64,000 bases of DNA from an uncultured Candidatus Rokubacteria bacterium (GTDB taxonomy: Bacteria > Methylomirabilota > Methylomirabilia > Rokubacteriales > DASRDR01). Positions 60,421 to 64,000 of this stretch are shown piece by piece. The DNA lies in the NCBI GenBank assembly GCA_963826115.1, contig CAWGVS010000005.1, positions 544,001-608,000 of the forward strand, in the 5' to 3' direction. The notes beneath the pieces were generated by a model that had not been told where the DNA came from, did not search any database, and saw only the letters and a program-made list of their open reading frames with translations. The translations under genes and the position numbers were made by a program. Within the stretch, counting starts at the first letter, position 1; each line of letters opens with the position of its first letter.

Positions 60421-61557
60421 GTGAGCGAGCTCTTCGACCAGATCGACTCCCTCCGGAAGGTCGAGGGCCGGGCGGCCCTCGCAACCCTCGTCAGCACTCA
60501 CGGCACGACGCCCCGGAAGGAAGGGGCCAAGATGTGGGTGGGCGAGGACGGACGCATCCTGGGCTCGGTGACCATCGGCGGCTGTGTCGACGCCGAGGTC
60601 ATGGCGGAGGCCGAGGGCGTCCTCTCGGGCTCGAGCCCGAAGCTCCTGTCGCTCGACCTGGGCGACGAGGACGCCTGGGAGATCGGGCTCACTTGCGGGG
60701 GCACCATCGAGGTGTTCCTGGAGCCGGTCGCGCTCGGCCAGCACCCGCTCCCGGAAGGCGCGCTCGCGCTCTACGAGGACCTCAAGGCCCATGTGTCGGC
60801 GGGCGGATCGGGCGCGATCCTGACGCGGATGGACCCGCCCCAGGCGGGCGCCAAGCTGCTCCTCCTGGACGACGGCCGTCGCGTCGGCTCGCTCGGCGAT
60901 CCGGCCCTCGACGAGGCGGCGCCGGCGGCCGCGCGCGGCCCCCTGTCGACGGGCATCTCGCGCACCGTCGGCCTCGGACCGGACGGCTCGACGCGCGTGT
61001 TCGTCGAGGTGCACCTGCCGTCGCCGACGCTCCTGGTCGTGGGCGGGAGCCACGTCGCGATGCCGCTCGTCACGCTCGCGCGGTCGCTCGGCTACCGGAC
61101 CGTCGTGGTGGACGGCCGGCCGCGCCTCGCCACGCGGGAGCGCTTCCCCGACGTGGACGACCTCCAGGTCGGCATCCCCTCGGAGCTCGTGCGGCGCATC
61201 CCGCTCCGGCCGACGACGGCGCTCGTGCTCGTGGCGCACGACTACAAGTACGACCTGCCGGTGCTCCGCCACGCGCTGTCGACCGAGGTGGGGTACGTCG
61301 GGATGCTCGGGAGCCGCCGTCGCGGGGACGCGATCCTGCGCATGCTGCGGGAGGAGGGCCTGGCCGAGGAGGCGCTCGCGCGCATCCGCGTGCCGATCGG
61401 CCTGGACCTCGGCGGGAAGACCGCGCCCGAGATCGCTCTCGCGATCCTCGCCGAGATCGTCGCGTCGCGGTACGGCGGCTCGGGCCGGCCGATGGTCGTG
61501 GCCAAGCGCGCGCGGCCGGAGTCGGAGCCGGCGGGCGCCGCGGAGTCTCGCTCGTGA
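60421..61557 (+). CDS. XdhC/CoxF/CoxI family Moco chaperone (probably leaderless)
   Basis: GTTPRKEGA, IGGCVD, GLTCGG, AHD, YVGMLGS, PIGLDLGGKTAPEIA. Confidence 0.9.
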   Translation: MSELFDQIDSLRKVEGRAALATLVSTHGTTPRKEGAKMWVGEDGRILGSVTIGGCVDAEVMAEAEGVLSGSSPKLLSLDLGDEDAWEIGLTCGGTIEVFLEPVALGQHPLPEGALALYEDLKAHVSAGGSGAILTRMDPPQAGAKLLLLDDGRRVGSLGDPALDEAAPAAARGPLSTGISRTVGLGPDGSTRVFVEVHLPSPTLLVVGGSHVAMPLVTLARSLGYRTVVVDGRPRLATRERFPDVDDLQVGIPSELVRRIPLRPTTALVLVAHDYKYDLPVLRHALSTEVGYVGMLGSRRRGDAILRMLREEGLAEEALARIRVPIGLDLGGKTAPEIALAILAEIVASRYGGSGRPMVVAKRARPESEPAGAAESRS

Positions 61558-62597
61558 AGGCCCACGCGCTCGTGCCCGCCGAGTCGCCCGCGGAGCGGCT
61601 GGTCGGCCTCGTGCTGGCCCACGACGTTCGCGACGTGGCGGGCACGCTGCTCGGCCGGAAGGGCGATCGCCTCGACGCCGCCGGCGCGGGGCGGCTCGTC
61701 GCCGGGTCGCGGGACGAGATCCACCTCATCGAGATGGAGCCGGGGGACCTCCACGAGGATCCCGCGGGCGAGCGGGTCGCGCGGGCGGTCGCGGGGGCCG
61801 GGATCTCCGTCCGAGACTCCGCGACGGGGCAGTGGGCCCTCGTCGCCGGCCGGCGGGGGATTCTCCGTGTCGCGACCGACGTCCTCGCGGCCGTGAACCG
61901 GCTCGATGGCGTGTCGGTCTACACGCTGTACGACGGCCAGGTGGTGGACGGCGGCGAGCTCGTCGCGCGCGCGAAGGTCACGCCACTGGTCATCGGCGAT
62001 ACCGTGGTGCGCGAGGCCGAGGATCTCGGCCGTCGGGCGGGGCCCTGCGTGACCATCCGGGCGTTCGAGAGCCAGCCCGTCGCCGCGATCGCGCCCGTCA
62101 GTCTCACGTCCCGGGCGCGCGCCCGGTTCGAGGCCGTGCTTCGCGAGAAGCTGGAGTGGTTCGGCGCGCCGCTCGGCAGCCTCGACTACCCGGACGCCGA
62201 GGCGGCCACGCTCGGCCGCGCCATCGAGGAAGCCGTCACGGCCGGAGCGCGGATCGTCGTCGTGGCCGGCGCGAACGCGCTCGACCCCCTCGACCCCGTG
62301 TTCGGCGCGATCGAGCGGATCGGCGGCCGGATCCTCCGGAACGGCGTGCCCGCGCATCCCGGGAGCCTCCTGTGGGTGGGACGCGTGGGGTCCGTCACGA
62401 TCCTCGGGATGCCGGGATGCGGGATGTTCTCGCAGGCGACGCTCTTCGACCTGCTGCTCCCGCGCCTCCTGGCGGGGGAGTCGCTCGGGCTCGACGAGCT
62501 CGCGGCCTACGGCCACGGGGGACTCCTCGGGCGCGAGATGGCCTTCCGCTTCCCGCCCTATCGCGCGGGCCGCGATCGCGGGACGCTCCCGGAGTAG
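61554..62597 (+). CDS. Molybdopterin-binding (MoeA-C-like) protein
   Basis: LAHD, MEPGDLHED, GVPAHPGSLL, GMPGC, FDLLLPRL, GHGGLL. GTGA overlap with xdhC. Confidence 0.7.
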   Translation: MKAHALVPAESPAERLVGLVLAHDVRDVAGTLLGRKGDRLDAAGAGRLVAGSRDEIHLIEMEPGDLHEDPAGERVARAVAGAGISVRDSATGQWALVAGRRGILRVATDVLAAVNRLDGVSVYTLYDGQVVDGGELVARAKVTPLVIGDTVVREAEDLGRRAGPCVTIRAFESQPVAAIAPVSLTSRARARFEAVLREKLEWFGAPLGSLDYPDAEAATLGRAIEEAVTAGARIVVVAGANALDPLDPVFGAIERIGGRILRNGVPAHPGSLLWVGRVGSVTILGMPGCGMFSQATLFDLLLPRLLAGESLGLDELAAYGHGGLLGREMAFRFPPYRAGRDRGTLPE

Positions 62598-62687
62598 GCG
62601 CGGGTCAGGTCATCCACTTCACGAGAGACAGATGTGCAACTACCCGTTGTCATTGATGGATCCTGGATCGCTCCGGCGAGGCATCCG

Positions 62688-63107
62688 GTGACGGCCCCGC
62701 TCTACGGCGGCGTGATCCTCGAGCGTTTCCGTCACCCGCGGCACTTCGGCGAGCTGCCCGGCGCCGACCTGTCCCACGAGGACGTCAACCCGCTCTGCGG
62801 GGACCGTCTCCGCGTGGAGCTCCGCCTCGGGCCGGAGCGGGAGATCGAGTCGATCCGCTTCCAGGGCGACGCCTGCGCCGTCGCGACGGCCTCGGCGGAC
62901 CTCCTGGCGGAGATGGTCGAGGGTCGCCCGCCGAGCGAGGCGCTCGGGCTCGAGCGGGACGCCCTCGTCGCCGCGCTCGGAGCGCCGATCCGGGCGTCGC
63001 GGCTCGGCTGCGTGTCGCTCCCGCTGGCCGTCCTGCGCGGAGCGCTCGGGGCCGGCGCGGAGCGGATCGCCGCGGCGCGGGGTCGGCCCGCGGGGGAGCC
63101 CCGGTGA
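62688..63107 (+). CDS. SufU/IscU-like protein
   Basis: HPRHFG, NPLCGD, GDACAVATAS, RLGC. Start is approximate. Confidence 0.8.
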   Translation: MTAPLYGGVILERFRHPRHFGELPGADLSHEDVNPLCGDRLRVELRLGPEREIESIRFQGDACAVATASADLLAEMVEGRPPSEALGLERDALVAALGAPIRASRLGCVSLPLAVLRGALGAGAERIAAARGRPAGEPR

Positions 63108-64000
63108 GCCTGGCCGAGCGCGTCCGTCCCGACTTTCCGATCCTCAGCCGCACCGTCGGCGGGCGCCGGCTCGTCTACCTCGACTCCGCGGCGACCGCCC
63201 AGAAGCCGCGACAGGTGCTCGACGCGGTTCGCCTCTTCTACGAGCGGTCGAACTCGAACGTCCACCGGTCGATCCACACGCTGGGCGAGGAGGCGACGGA
63301 GCTCTACGAGGGCGCGCGCGACCGGGTGCGGGCCTTCATCGGCGCGCGTCAGCGCGAGGAGATCGTCTTCACGAAGGGCACCACGGAGGCCATCAACCTC
63401 GTCGTCCACACGTGGGCGCGCCCCGCGCTCGTCGAGGGGGACGAGATCCTCCTGTCGGAGATGGAGCACCACTCGAACCTGGTGCCGTGGATCCTCCTCG
63501 CGCGCGAGCGGAAGCTCCGCCTCCGGCACGTCCCGGTGACCGACGAGGGGACGCTGGACCTCCAGGCGTTCGAGCGGCTCCTCACGCGGCGCACGCGCCT
63601 GGTCGCGCTGGCCCACGTCTCGAACGTGCTCGGCACGATCAACCCGGTGGCGGAGATCATCGAGCGCGCGCAGGCGGCCGGCGCGCGGGTACTCCTCGAC
63701 GGCGCCCAGGCGGCGCCGCACCTCCCGGTGAACGTGGACGCGCTCGGCGCCGACTTCTACGCGTTCTCGGGGCACAAGGTCGGGGCGCCGACGGGCATTG
63801 GCGTGCTCTACGGGCGGCGCGAGGTGATGGAGCCGCTCGAGCCGTTCTTCGGAGGCAGCGAGATCATCCGCGAGGTGTGGCTCGACCGCGCGACCTGGAA
63901 CGACCTGCCCTGGCGGTTCGAGCCAGGCACGCCGCCCATCGCGGGCGCCGTCGGCCTCGGGGCGGCGATCGACTACGTCGAGGGGCTCGGCCGCGACGCC
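63104..64000 (+). CDS. sufS: SufS-type cysteine desulfurase / selenocysteine lyase (partial, runs off window end)
   Basis: GTG 63104 reads DFPIL, LVYLDSAATAQKP, NVHR, EHHSN, DGAQ, FSGHK, RFEPGTP. Absent from the ORF track because there is no stop in the window. Confidence 0.9.
   Translation, partial: MSLAERVRPDFPILSRTVGGRRLVYLDSAATAQKPRQVLDAVRLFYERSNSNVHRSIHTLGEEATELYEGARDRVRAFIGARQREEIVFTKGTTEAINLVVHTWARPALVEGDEILLSEMEHHSNLVPWILLARERKLRLRHVPVTDEGTLDLQAFERLLTRRTRLVALAHVSNVLGTINPVAEIIERAQAAGARVLLDGAQAAPHLPVNVDALGADFYAFSGHKVGAPTGIGVLYGRREVMEPLEPFFGGSEIIREVWLDRATWNDLPWRFEPGTPPIAGAVGLGAAIDYVEGLGRDA

Overview
A very GC-rich bacterial chromosomal region with about 59 CDSs. I recognised no rRNA, tRNA, CRISPR array, transposase or integrase. 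The gene content (DZR-cyclase-AAA-TPR protein, Bug/TctC, family-5 SBP, form II cox) resembles Ca. Rokubacteria/Methylomirabilota, but that is inference. The window is rich in cofactor genes: moeA, two xdhC/coxF, a selenocysteine-containing selD (in-frame UGA plus SECIS hairpin, missed by the ORF track), a thrC-like/ubiquitin-like/E1/aminotransferase operon, rlmN-mtaB-mtnP-pfkB-larE-larB, a ThDP decarboxylase next to larC, a form II coxG-S-L-M molybdenum hydroxylase with mocA, coxD, coxE, and sufU-sufS. The main unusual signals are: (i) a complete nickel-pincer (larBCE) pathway with no larA, linked to a benzoylformate-decarboxylase-like gene and a Mo-hydroxylase; (ii) two gene cassettes each flanked by a diverged copy of a neighbouring gene end (SDR 3' end; mocA 5' end); (iii) Sec recoding of selD; (iv) a sulfur carrier ending in GG-R; (v) a catalytically dead HtrA; (vi) several apparently leaderless genes and candidate structured leaders. 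All protein calls are from motif recognition by eye; no database searches were run.
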